This document shows positions 18,235-25,792 of a DNA stretch of 64,000 nt, piece after piece. The position numbers and the translations under genes were made by a program. Source of the stretch: Candidatus Methylacidiphilales bacterium (GTDB lineage Bacteria > Verrucomicrobiota > Verrucomicrobiia > Methylacidiphilales > CAZTYG01); assembly GCA_033875315.1 (NCBI GenBank), contig JANRJG010000039.1:8614-72613 (forward strand), in the 5' to 3' direction. The notes under the pieces are model-generated. The model saw nothing but the letters and a program-made list of their open reading frames with translations, ran no database searches and was not told where the DNA came from. The stretch's first letter is position 1, and each line of letters begins with the position of its first letter.

Positions 18235-18697
18235 AATATGTTCCGTGATGGATTTGTCTCAAGGCTTCGTAGACCGCGATACCGGCGGCGGTGGAGAGGT
18301 TGAGGCTGCGGGTCATGGGGTTGGGCATCGGGATGGTGGTTTTCCGGCCCGGAAAGGCTTCCAAAACGCTGGCGGGTAGTCCCTTGCTTTCCTTTCCAAA
18401 CAGGAGGTAGTCACCATCCAGGAACGGAGTATCCCAGAGGGTGCGGTCTCCGCCCGTTTCGACCAGCCAGACACGTTGTCCGATGAGTTGGGGATGGAAG
18501 GCGGCCCAGTCGGGGTAGGTGGTGATGCTGGCCTGCTCCCAGTAATCCATCCCGGCACGTCGCAGGGTGGCATCGTTGATCTGAAAGCCGAGCGGTCCGA
18601 CCAGGTGAAGGCGGCTGTGGGTCACGGCGCAAAGACGGGCCACATTCCCGGTATTGGGCGGGATCTCGGGCTCGATGAGGACGACGTGGAGGGCCAT
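18209..18697 (-). CDS. trmL: tRNA (cytidine/uridine-2-prime-O)-methyltransferase TrmL (SpoU/TrmH family)
   Basis: VVLIEPEIPPNTGNVARLC, LLFGKESKGLP and SLNLSTAAGIAVYEA are SPOUT motifs. The 3-prime end overlaps the vapC 3-prime end by 26 nt (convergent). Confidence 0.85.
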   Translation of the reverse strand: MALHVVLIEPEIPPNTGNVARLCAVTHSRLHLVGPLGFQINDATLRRAGMDYWEQASITTYPDWAAFHPQLIGQRVWLVETGGDRTLWDTPFLDGDYLLFGKESKGLPASVLEAFPGRKTTIPMPNPMTRSLNLSTAAGIAVYEALRQIHHGTYSKPADSVV

Positions 18698-18703
18698 GGG
18701 GTT

Positions 18704-19516
18704 TCAGTTGGAAAGGGGGTTCTGTTCCTGGGCAAAAGAAAAGGTGGGGGCCACATCAGGGGGATAGAACACCCGTGCCAGGTAAAGCCCGCAGGCCGGG
18801 GCGGTGTTGGGGGCGTTCTGGCGGCAGCGGGCTTGGAGGATGCCGAGAAAATCCTCCGGGGTGGCCTTGCCCAGTCCGACTTTGACCGCGGCACCGGCCA
18901 AATTCCTGACCATGCGGTAGAGGAAGCCATCGGCCCGGAAGACCAGGCGGATTTCCTCGCCGTTTTGGGTGAGGGAACACAAGGACATGGTCCGCACCAT
19001 GGTGGTGCGTTCGTAGCCGGGATTGCTGGCGAAGGAGGAAAAATCGTGCCGTCCTTCGAGGTGGACCAGGGCCTCGGTCATGGCCCGGCTGTCGAGGGGT
19101 CGCGGCACGTGCCAGGCCCGCCCGTGCTCCAAGGGGGGCATCACATCGCGGTTGAGGATGCGGTAGTGGTATTCCTTTCCGATGGAAGAAAAGCGGGCAT
19201 GGAAATGGTCGGGGGCGAAATCATTGTCGAGGACCCGCACCGAGGGGGGCAGATGGTCGTTGAGGGCCATGCGCAGTCGCCGGGGCTCCGGGATGCGTGG
19301 CTCGGCCAGAAAGGAGGCCACCTGGCCGTGGGCGTGGACGCCGGTGTCGGTGCGCCCGGAACCCTGGACGTCGATCGGACGGCCCCAGATGCGGGCCGCG
19401 GCCTGCTCGAGTGCGAGTTGTACCGTGGGCAGGTCCCCCTGTCGTTGCCATCCCTGGAAAGGTGCCCCGTCGTAGGCCACGAGCAAACGGTGGACCTTGG
19501 TTTCAGGGGAGCTCAT
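18704..19516 (-). CDS. truA: tRNA pseudouridine(38-40) synthase TruA
   Basis: VAYDGAPFQGWQRQ and GSGRTDTGVHAHGQV (catalytic Asp) are present. I chose the start at MSSPETK (19516), because the longer ORF start (19552) lies inside the upstream terminator hairpin. Confidence 0.88.
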   Translation of the reverse strand: MSSPETKVHRLLVAYDGAPFQGWQRQGDLPTVQLALEQAAARIWGRPIDVQGSGRTDTGVHAHGQVASFLAEPRIPEPRRLRMALNDHLPPSVRVLDNDFAPDHFHARFSSIGKEYHYRILNRDVMPPLEHGRAWHVPRPLDSRAMTEALVHLEGRHDFSSFASNPGYERTTMVRTMSLCSLTQNGEEIRLVFRADGFLYRMVRNLAGAAVKVGLGKATPEDFLGILQARCRQNAPNTAPACGLYLARVFYPPDVAPTFSFAQEQNPLSN

Positions 19517-19529
19517 GGGTGGGGGTGTG

Positions 19530-19570
19530 AAAAAAGGAAGCCCCTGGTCCATTCTCGGATCAGGGGCTTC
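19530..19570 (-). terminator. rho-independent terminator of the PagL-like gene
   Basis: The minus strand reads GAAGCCCCTG-(14 nt)-CAGGGGCTTC followed by CTTTTTT. It lies 31 nt downstream of the stop at 19601. Confidence 0.75.
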
Positions 19571-19600
19571 TGAAGAAGGGGAAGCGATGGGATGAGCCGG

Positions 19601-20248
19601 TCAATTCCAGAGCTTGTCGAAATTGTAGGTGGCCCCGATGAAGCCCCCGAGCGCGTTCACGCCGTGATTGCGCTCGGCGATGCTGGCGTTGGAGATGTGG
19701 TGGAACATGCCTTCGAGGTCAACCGACCACTCCTCGTTCACCAGGAATTTGAATCCAACACTGGCCTGGGGGGTGAACTCAATGGCCTGACCGATGGCTT
19801 GCTGGTTGTCGTCCTCGTAAGCGTCGGTGTAGACAATGCCAGCACCGGCTTGGACGTAGGGGACGACCTTCCAATTGGGTTGGACGAAATTGTAGCGCAC
19901 CAGTGCGGTCGGACCGATGACGACCGAGCCGAAGCCGTCGAAAACGCCACTGGCGGAGAGTTCGGCCAGGGCTTCCCAGTTGCCGGCGAAAAACCCGCCC
20001 TCGGGATTGGGGGTATTCAACATCCAGCCGAGGCGGAGGTTGGTTTGGGCGTAATTGAAGGTAGGGATCTTGGGGCCGATGCCGGTGCCGGAGAAGAGGG
20101 CGCCAGTCACCGCTTGGACCGAAATGCGGTCCTCGACAAAGCGGGGTTCGTTCAAAGCGGGAGCGATGCGCAGCTGATCGGAACCTGCTTGGAGAGAGGA
20201 AATCCCCGAAGCGAGCAACAAAGCCAGCGCGTAGAAATGTGTTTTCAC
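19601..20248 (-). CDS. outer-membrane acyloxyacyl hydrolase / lipid A 3-O-deacylase (PagL-like) beta-barrel
   Basis: It has a signal peptide, alternating beta-strand pattern and the C-terminal motif HHISNASIAERNHGVNALG, which resembles the PagL His/Ser active-site region. It ends in an aromatic-rich strand. Confidence 0.7.
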   Translation of the reverse strand: MKTHFYALALLLASGISSLQAGSDQLRIAPALNEPRFVEDRISVQAVTGALFSGTGIGPKIPTFNYAQTNLRLGWMLNTPNPEGGFFAGNWEALAELSASGVFDGFGSVVIGPTALVRYNFVQPNWKVVPYVQAGAGIVYTDAYEDDNQQAIGQAIEFTPQASVGFKFLVNEEWSVDLEGMFHHISNASIAERNHGVNALGGFIGATYNFDKLWN

Positions 20249-20264
20249 GTGCGAAATTTAGAAT

Positions 20265-20681
20265 TCATTCCTTGGGCGTGTCAAGAAAGCTTTGCAGCAT
20301 GACCTGTGCCGAAGCGCCGTCGATTTTTTCTTTCTGTTGGCGGGAGCGGGTGCCCCCCTCACGCAGTTTTTTTGCCGCTTCCACTGTGCTGAGGCGTTCG
20401 TCGACCATGCGGATGGGGATGGGGACGACTTCCTTGAGGCGGCGGGCGAATTCCTCGGCAGACCGGGCGGAGGGGCCGTAGCTTCCGTCCATGTTGCGGG
20501 GCAGGCCGACCAGGATCAGGTCGACTTCTTTTTCGCGCACCAAGGCCCGGAGGGTGCCAAAAAGCTTGGTGAAGGGGGTGGTGGGCAAAGGGGGCAGGGC
20601 AGAAGCGAGGTTGCCGGTGGGGTCGCTGAGGGCCACCCCGACGCGTTTGCTCCCGTAATCAAGCGCCATCACCCGGCTCAT
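20265..20681 (-). CDS. ruvX: Holliday junction resolvase-like / pre-16S rRNA nuclease RuvX (YqgF)
   Basis: It starts at MSRVMALDYGSKRVGVALSD (the YqgF signature) and is 138 aa. Its ATG overlaps the trpA stop (ATGA). The longer ORF 20265..21059 is an artefactual extension through trpA. Confidence 0.9.
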   Translation of the reverse strand: MSRVMALDYGSKRVGVALSDPTGNLASALPPLPTTPFTKLFGTLRALVREKEVDLILVGLPRNMDGSYGPSARSAEEFARRLKEVVPIPIRMVDERLSTVEAAKKLREGGTRSRQQKEKIDGASAQVMLQSFLDTPKE

Positions 20682-21511
20682 GGCTGGTGGCAGGCTGCGG
20701 CCAGAGGTTGGACGAAGGCTTCCAGTCGGGCGGCGAGGTCGGCTTCGTTGCGCCAGGAAGCGATGCGGTCGACGATGGCACTGCCGACCACCACGCCCTG
20801 GGCGGCGCGGGCCACTTGGCGGGCCTGTTCGGGATTGGAGATGCCGAATCCGACACAGACGGGCAGGAAGGTGTGCCGACGGATGAGGGCGACCCGTTCC
20901 TCCATGCTGCTGGAAACGCTGGTCTGCATGCCGGTCACGCCCTCCCGTGAGACGTAATAGATGAAACCGGAGGAAGCGGCGGTGATTTTGCCGATTCGTT
21001 CCTCGGGTGTGGTCGGGGCGATGAGGCTGATCCGGCGGACGCCGGGGTGGGCGTTCCATTCCGGGCCGGCTTCCTCCGGAGGAAGGTCGAGGAGGAGAAT
21101 GCCGTCGACGCCGGTGCGTTCGCAGTCGGCCAGAAAGCGGTCGAGGCCATAGTGGTGGACCGGATTGTAATAGGTGAAAAGAACGAGGGGGATTTGCGTG
21201 GAGGCCCGGATTTTTTCCACTATGGAGAAGACGCCGGCCACGGTGGTTCCGGCTTCGAGCGCGCGTTGCGCCCCCAATTGGTTGACCACCCCGTCGGCGA
21301 GGGGGTCGGAGAAGGGAACGCCGAGTTCGACCACGTCGGTACCGGCCCGTTCTAGCGCGGCCACCAGGGCCGGGGTGAGGTCCGGGGAGGGGTCGCCGGC
21401 GACGAGATAGGCCACGAAGGCACGGGACTGGCGGGAGGAAAGATTCTGGAAAAGGCGGTCGATGCGGTTCACGGTCAGGGGCACTTTCTCACCCCAGAAG
21501 ATGGTGGGCAA
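20678..21511 (-). CDS. trpA: tryptophan synthase alpha chain
   Basis: AFVAYLVAGDP, VELGVPFSDPLADGVV and GFGIS motifs are present. No trpB is adjacent. Confidence 0.9.
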   Translation of the reverse strand: MPTIFWGEKVPLTVNRIDRLFQNLSSRQSRAFVAYLVAGDPSPDLTPALVAALERAGTDVVELGVPFSDPLADGVVNQLGAQRALEAGTTVAGVFSIVEKIRASTQIPLVLFTYYNPVHHYGLDRFLADCERTGVDGILLLDLPPEEAGPEWNAHPGVRRISLIAPTTPEERIGKITAASSGFIYYVSREGVTGMQTSVSSSMEERVALIRRHTFLPVCVGFGISNPEQARQVARAAQGVVVGSAIVDRIASWRNEADLAARLEAFVQPLAAACHQP

Positions 21512-22238
21512 CGATTTTCAATCCGCGCAGCCCGAGGAGGGGGTCGACAACGTCGACGCCCTTGAGGGCGCCTTTCATCATGAGGCAATCCCCCCCGGTG
21601 GTGATGACGGTGGCATTTTTCGAACCGAGTTCGGCCCGGACCTGGGAAAGGACCTCCTGGACCAGGCCGCGGTAACCGTGGAAGGCGCCGATGCAGATGG
21701 CTTCGCGGGTGCTTTTGCCCACGGCACGGCTGGGGCGGGTCAACTTGACGCGCGGCAGGAGGGCGGTTCTTTCATGGAGATAGTCGGTGAAGGCCTGCAG
21801 GCCCGGGGCGATGACCCCGCCTAGGTATTCCGCACGGCTGGAAATGATGTCGAAGGTCAGGGCGGTTCCGAGATCGACGACAATGGCGGGGAGGGGGTGG
21901 AGGTGGCAGACGGCGACGGTATTGGCGAGACGGTCGGCACCGATTTGTTTGGGTCGGGGGTACTTGATCTTGATGCCGGGCAGGTTGCGGTGGTCCAAAT
22001 CCAGGAGCTGTTTGGCAGGCCATACCTGGTCGAGGAGTTTTCTGGCCTGCGGGACCACACTACAGACCACGAGGGGGTGTCCGGGGTGGCGCCGTTGGAT
22101 GCGGCGCAGGAAGGCGGGTTGGAGATCGCGGGTCAAACAGCGTTCGATGCGACCGAGGCGCCCACCGACGAGGGGACAGAACTTCGTCCAAGTGTTGTTG
22201 ATATTGACCAGGAGGGCAGGGCCCGGGGCGGGAGGCAT
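21489..22238 (-). CDS. coaX: type III pantothenate kinase
   Basis: LLVNINNTWTKF, IGADRLANTVA and VVDLGTALTFD are CoaX (ASKHA) motifs. Confidence 0.85.
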   Translation of the reverse strand: MPPAPGPALLVNINNTWTKFCPLVGGRLGRIERCLTRDLQPAFLRRIQRRHPGHPLVVCSVVPQARKLLDQVWPAKQLLDLDHRNLPGIKIKYPRPKQIGADRLANTVAVCHLHPLPAIVVDLGTALTFDIISSRAEYLGGVIAPGLQAFTDYLHERTALLPRVKLTRPSRAVGKSTREAICIGAFHGYRGLVQEVLSQVRAELGSKNATVITTGGDCLMMKGALKGVDVVDPLLGLRGLKIVAHHLLG

Positions 22239-22271
22239 GGGTGGGATGGGGGAAGGACAGGGCCGGGGGGC

Positions 22272-23018
22272 TCAGCTTTGGGCGGTGTAGAACTCGCCGT
22301 AGGGTTCTCCAAGCAACTGGGAAAGCCGGACAAACTGGAAGTCCTTTTCCATCAATTGGTCTAGCATGGCGCCACAGGCCTCGGCGGTTTGGCTGTGGAG
22401 ATCGTGGAGGAGGACGATCGATCCCGGTGCGGCAGCCGAGACCACACGCTGGACGATGGTGGAGGAACCGGGGCGTGACCAGTCACGCGGGTCGACGGAC
22501 CAGAGGGCCACTCCGAGCGATTTGCAGCGGGGTATCGGGCCCTGATCGCGGCGGAAGGCCCCATAGGGTGGACGGAACCAAGCCGGGGGGCGGCCGTTGA
22601 TGCCCTCGAGGACATCCTGGGTTTTTTGAAGTTCGTAATTGACCCTTTCCTCACTCAGCCCGCTGAGGGCGGGGTGGGTGTAGGAATGGTTGCCGATCTC
22701 GTGTCCGGCCGCGGCCACTTCCTTGGCCAGAGAGGGGTAGGCATCGGCATTGCGGCCGATCATGAAAAAAGTGGCGGGGATGGAACGGCGGGCCAGTTCT
22801 TTGAGAACGATTTCTGTCACGCCGGGGGTCGGCCCGTCATCGAAAGTCAGGGCCAGACGGTTGTTGAAACCCGGCCCGTGATTGACGAAGTGTGCATTGA
22901 GCCGGGTTTTGGCTTCGTCGGGTTTGACCGGTTCAGGTTCGGCGGCCCAAGCGGGCAGGACCGACCCCACACCCACTCCGAGTGCGGTCATTTTCAGGAA
23001 TTCGGCCCTCCTCAACAT
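22272..23018 (-). CDS. secreted polysaccharide deacetylase (CE4, NodB homology)
   Basis: It starts at MLRRAEFLKMTALGVGVGSVLPAWA (Tat/Sec-like). LTFDDGP, HEIGNHSYTHP and RPPYG are NodB motifs. Confidence 0.85.
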   Translation of the reverse strand: MLRRAEFLKMTALGVGVGSVLPAWAAEPEPVKPDEAKTRLNAHFVNHGPGFNNRLALTFDDGPTPGVTEIVLKELARRSIPATFFMIGRNADAYPSLAKEVAAAGHEIGNHSYTHPALSGLSEERVNYELQKTQDVLEGINGRPPAWFRPPYGAFRRDQGPIPRCKSLGVALWSVDPRDWSRPGSSTIVQRVVSAAAPGSIVLLHDLHSQTAEACGAMLDQLMEKDFQFVRLSQLLGEPYGEFYTAQS

Positions 23019-23130
23019 GGGGTGATTATCGTGTCTGGTGGATTTCTGGCAATCCCAAAGCAGTGGAGCCGCCCGCCATGCTTTCGCTTGCCAAGCCGCA
23101 AGTCCGCAGCCCATGCTTCGACCCTTTGCG

Positions 23131-24345
23131 ATGAAGATTTGCGATGCTACCCAGTTCTATTCCGAGGTCGGGGGAGGGGTGCGCCGTTACCTTCAGGAGA
23201 AACGGCGTTATGTTCTCGAGCACACCGAGGACGAACACATTCTCCTGGTACCCGGGGATCGGACGGGGGTGGTGCGCGATGGCCGGCTGACCACCTGCAG
23301 CGTCCGTTCCCCCCGCATCAACCGCAGTTCGCGTTACCGCATCCTCTTCAACCTGGCCCGTGCCGAGGAGTTCATCCACCGGGAAAAACCCGACCTGATC
23401 GAGTCCGGCGATCCTTATCACTTGGGTTGGCGGATGATCGATGCCGCCCACGGAAACAACATCCCGGTCGTGGGTTTCTACCATTCGCATTTTCCCGAGG
23501 CCTACCTGCGCACGGCTTTCAAATATTGTGGTCCATGGGTGCGCGAGGTCGGTCTGGCCTATGCCCAGGATTACATTGTCAGGCTCTACAATGACTTCGA
23601 CGTCACCTTGGTGCCCTCCGAGCACCTGGCCCGTCTGCTGGCCGGATGGGGCGTGGCGACGACACGCCCGGTGCGATTGGGGGTGGACATCGCGGTTTTC
23701 CGGCCCGGTCCGCGTGATCCGGCCGTGCGGGAAAGGCTGGGACTGCCGGCCGACCGCATCCTGCTCTTGTATGTCGGGCGTCTGGCCGGCGAGAAAAACA
23801 CCCCGTTGTTGATGGAAGCTTTCGACCGGCTGGAGTCTGCGCATCCGGGCCGGTATACCTATCTGGTGATTGGCGATGGGGCGCAACGGCCCAAGGTGCG
23901 GGAGTTGCAGGACCGCATCCCGCACTTCCAGTGGATGTCCTACTGTCATGATTCGGGGGAATTGGCGGACATCTACCGGGCCGCCGATCTGTTTGTTCAT
24001 CCAGGGGTTTGCGAGACATTCGGTCTGGTCACCCTGGAGAGCCAGGCCTGCGGGTGCCCGGTGGTGGGCATCCACGGCACTTACATGGATGCGTTGATCG
24101 CCGCCGGACTGGAAGACTGGGCCGATGCCAACACCCCGGAGGCCCTGGCCCTGGCCATCGACCGGTACTCCCGCACCGATCTGGCCGCCCGGGGACAAGC
24201 GGCCAGCGAACATGTCAGGGCCAGGTATTCCTGGAAAACCGTCTTTGATGACGTCTGGAAGATCTATCGTGCCGCGATTGAACAAAACCGGGAGCGCCGG
24301 CGGCACGGTGCGCTCCACGCCGATTTCCATATCCCTATCGCATGA
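23131..24345 (+). CDS. glycosyltransferase family 4 (GT-B)
   Basis: It starts at MKICDATQFYSEVGGGV and has LLLYVGRLAGEKN and the E-x7-E region ETFGLVTLESQACGCPVV. Confidence 0.85.
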   Translation: MKICDATQFYSEVGGGVRRYLQEKRRYVLEHTEDEHILLVPGDRTGVVRDGRLTTCSVRSPRINRSSRYRILFNLARAEEFIHREKPDLIESGDPYHLGWRMIDAAHGNNIPVVGFYHSHFPEAYLRTAFKYCGPWVREVGLAYAQDYIVRLYNDFDVTLVPSEHLARLLAGWGVATTRPVRLGVDIAVFRPGPRDPAVRERLGLPADRILLLYVGRLAGEKNTPLLMEAFDRLESAHPGRYTYLVIGDGAQRPKVRELQDRIPHFQWMSYCHDSGELADIYRAADLFVHPGVCETFGLVTLESQACGCPVVGIHGTYMDALIAAGLEDWADANTPEALALAIDRYSRTDLAARGQAASEHVRARYSWKTVFDDVWKIYRAAIEQNRERRRHGALHADFHIPIA

Positions 24346-25070
24346 GCAAAGACACCCCGATCCACGTGCGTTTTTACCGGGCGGAGGACCGTGAACGGAT
24401 CCGTCAAATTTGTTGCGATACGGGATTCCTGGGCCAGCCGATTGATCCGGTGTTCCAGGACCGCGAGCTCTTTGCGGATTACCTCACGGCCTATTACACC
24501 GACATCGAGCCCGAATCCAGTGTCGTGCTGGAGGCGGAAGGGCGGGTTCAGGGCTACATCCTCGGGTCGCGACATCCGGCCAAGCAGGATGCCTTCGACC
24601 GGCGCGCGGCCCCCGGCCTATTTCTCAGGGGCATCATCCGGTACGCCACCGTCTACAATGCGGCTTCGCGGCGATACGTCCGCTGGATTCTGTCCAGAGG
24701 CTGGCGGGAAGTGCCCGCCCGGCCGGAGAAGATGGCCCATTTCCACATCAACCTGCTTTCGCCCTATCGAACCGTGCGCGGCACCCATGACCTGATCGAT
24801 TTCTTTCTGGATTACCTGCACCGCACGGGCGAAGCGGCGGTCTATGGGCAGATGGTGACCTTTGAGAAGCGGCGCGGGGAGCGCATGTTCGCGCGCTATG
24901 GATTTGAGGTGAAGGACTGTGTGGAAGTGACCAAGTACCGCCATCTGGTGCCCACGCCGGTCTACCTTTTCACCGTGGTCAAGGATCTGCGGAAAAACCC
25001 GCGCCTCTACGGGACCGATCTCTGGAAGGTTGGAAAGGAAGACCAGGGAACTTTGGAGGGCGGGGCATGA
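24342..25070 (+). CDS. GNAT-like acyltransferase (putative)
   Basis: RFYRAEDRERIRQIC and C-terminal RRGERMFARYGFEV are GNAT-like. It overlaps both neighbours by 4 nt. The assignment rests on motifs only. Confidence 0.55.
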   Translation: MSKDTPIHVRFYRAEDRERIRQICCDTGFLGQPIDPVFQDRELFADYLTAYYTDIEPESSVVLEAEGRVQGYILGSRHPAKQDAFDRRAAPGLFLRGIIRYATVYNAASRRYVRWILSRGWREVPARPEKMAHFHINLLSPYRTVRGTHDLIDFFLDYLHRTGEAAVYGQMVTFEKRRGERMFARYGFEVKDCVEVTKYRHLVPTPVYLFTVVKDLRKNPRLYGTDLWKVGKEDQGTLEGGA

Positions 25071-25792
25071 AGCATTTGGTGGTTTCCCTGCACGATTTCC
25101 ACCCCGGTTCCCTCGATCTGATCGGTCGCCAGGTGGAGGAATTGGCCGCGTGGGGCGTCGGGCAAACCTCCATTCTGGTTGTGCCGCATTTCCACCGTGA
25201 ACGGACCACCGCCTCCGATCCGGCCTCGCTCGCTTTTCTTGAGCGGTGCGCCTCGGGGGGACATGACCTTGTTTTGCACGGATACTACCACCAGCAGGCG
25301 GGTCACGAACTGGCGACCTTGTTCTGGTCCGCCTTCTACACTTCGGGTGAATGCGAGTTTGTCGATTTGAGCGAGGGCGAGGCCAAGCACCGCATTGAAT
25401 GGGGACGCAGGCTGTGGGACGAACGGGGCTGGCCGCTGCATGGGTTCATCGCCCCGGCCTGGCTGATGCCGGAAAAGCACGATCACCTTCTGCGACGTTT
25501 GGGATTCCTCTACACCACCCGGCTGCGGGCGTTCAAGGTCCTGCCCAAGGCGTTGGAGGTGGCCTCGCAAAGCCTTTGTTACAGCACCCGTTCGTGGTGG
25601 CGACGCTCGGCCTCGTTCCAATGGAATCCGGTGCTATTCAGCCGCCTGCGGGGCAAGCCCCTGCTGCGGTTGAGCCTGCATCCGCGCGACCTGGAGTATC
25701 CCGAGTTGCGGATGCAGATCCGGGAGATTGTGGAAATGGCCTTGGCGGATGGCTACCAGCCGATAACTTACGCGGCGTATGCCCAGATGTGA
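25067..25792 (+). CDS. DUF2334 (polysaccharide deacetylase-like) protein
   Basis: MKHLVVSLHDFHP, LVVPHFH and LVLHGYYH follow the His-rich pattern characteristic of DUF2334. Confidence 0.65.
   Translation: MKHLVVSLHDFHPGSLDLIGRQVEELAAWGVGQTSILVVPHFHRERTTASDPASLAFLERCASGGHDLVLHGYYHQQAGHELATLFWSAFYTSGECEFVDLSEGEAKHRIEWGRRLWDERGWPLHGFIAPAWLMPEKHDHLLRRLGFLYTTRLRAFKVLPKALEVASQSLCYSTRSWWRRSASFQWNPVLFSRLRGKPLLRLSLHPRDLEYPELRMQIREIVEMALADGYQPITYAAYAQM

Noticed and set aside
20682-21059. N-terminal extension of the ruvX ORF (264-aa version)
   Set aside because: The extension runs through trpA in another frame and is Arg/Pro-rich. The conserved YqgF N-terminus begins at the ATG at 20681, which overlaps the trpA stop.
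23026-24330. 434-aa minus-strand ORF opposite the GT4 gene
   Set aside because: The plus-strand frame has clear GT4 motifs and is translationally coupled to its neighbours. The minus frame is featureless.
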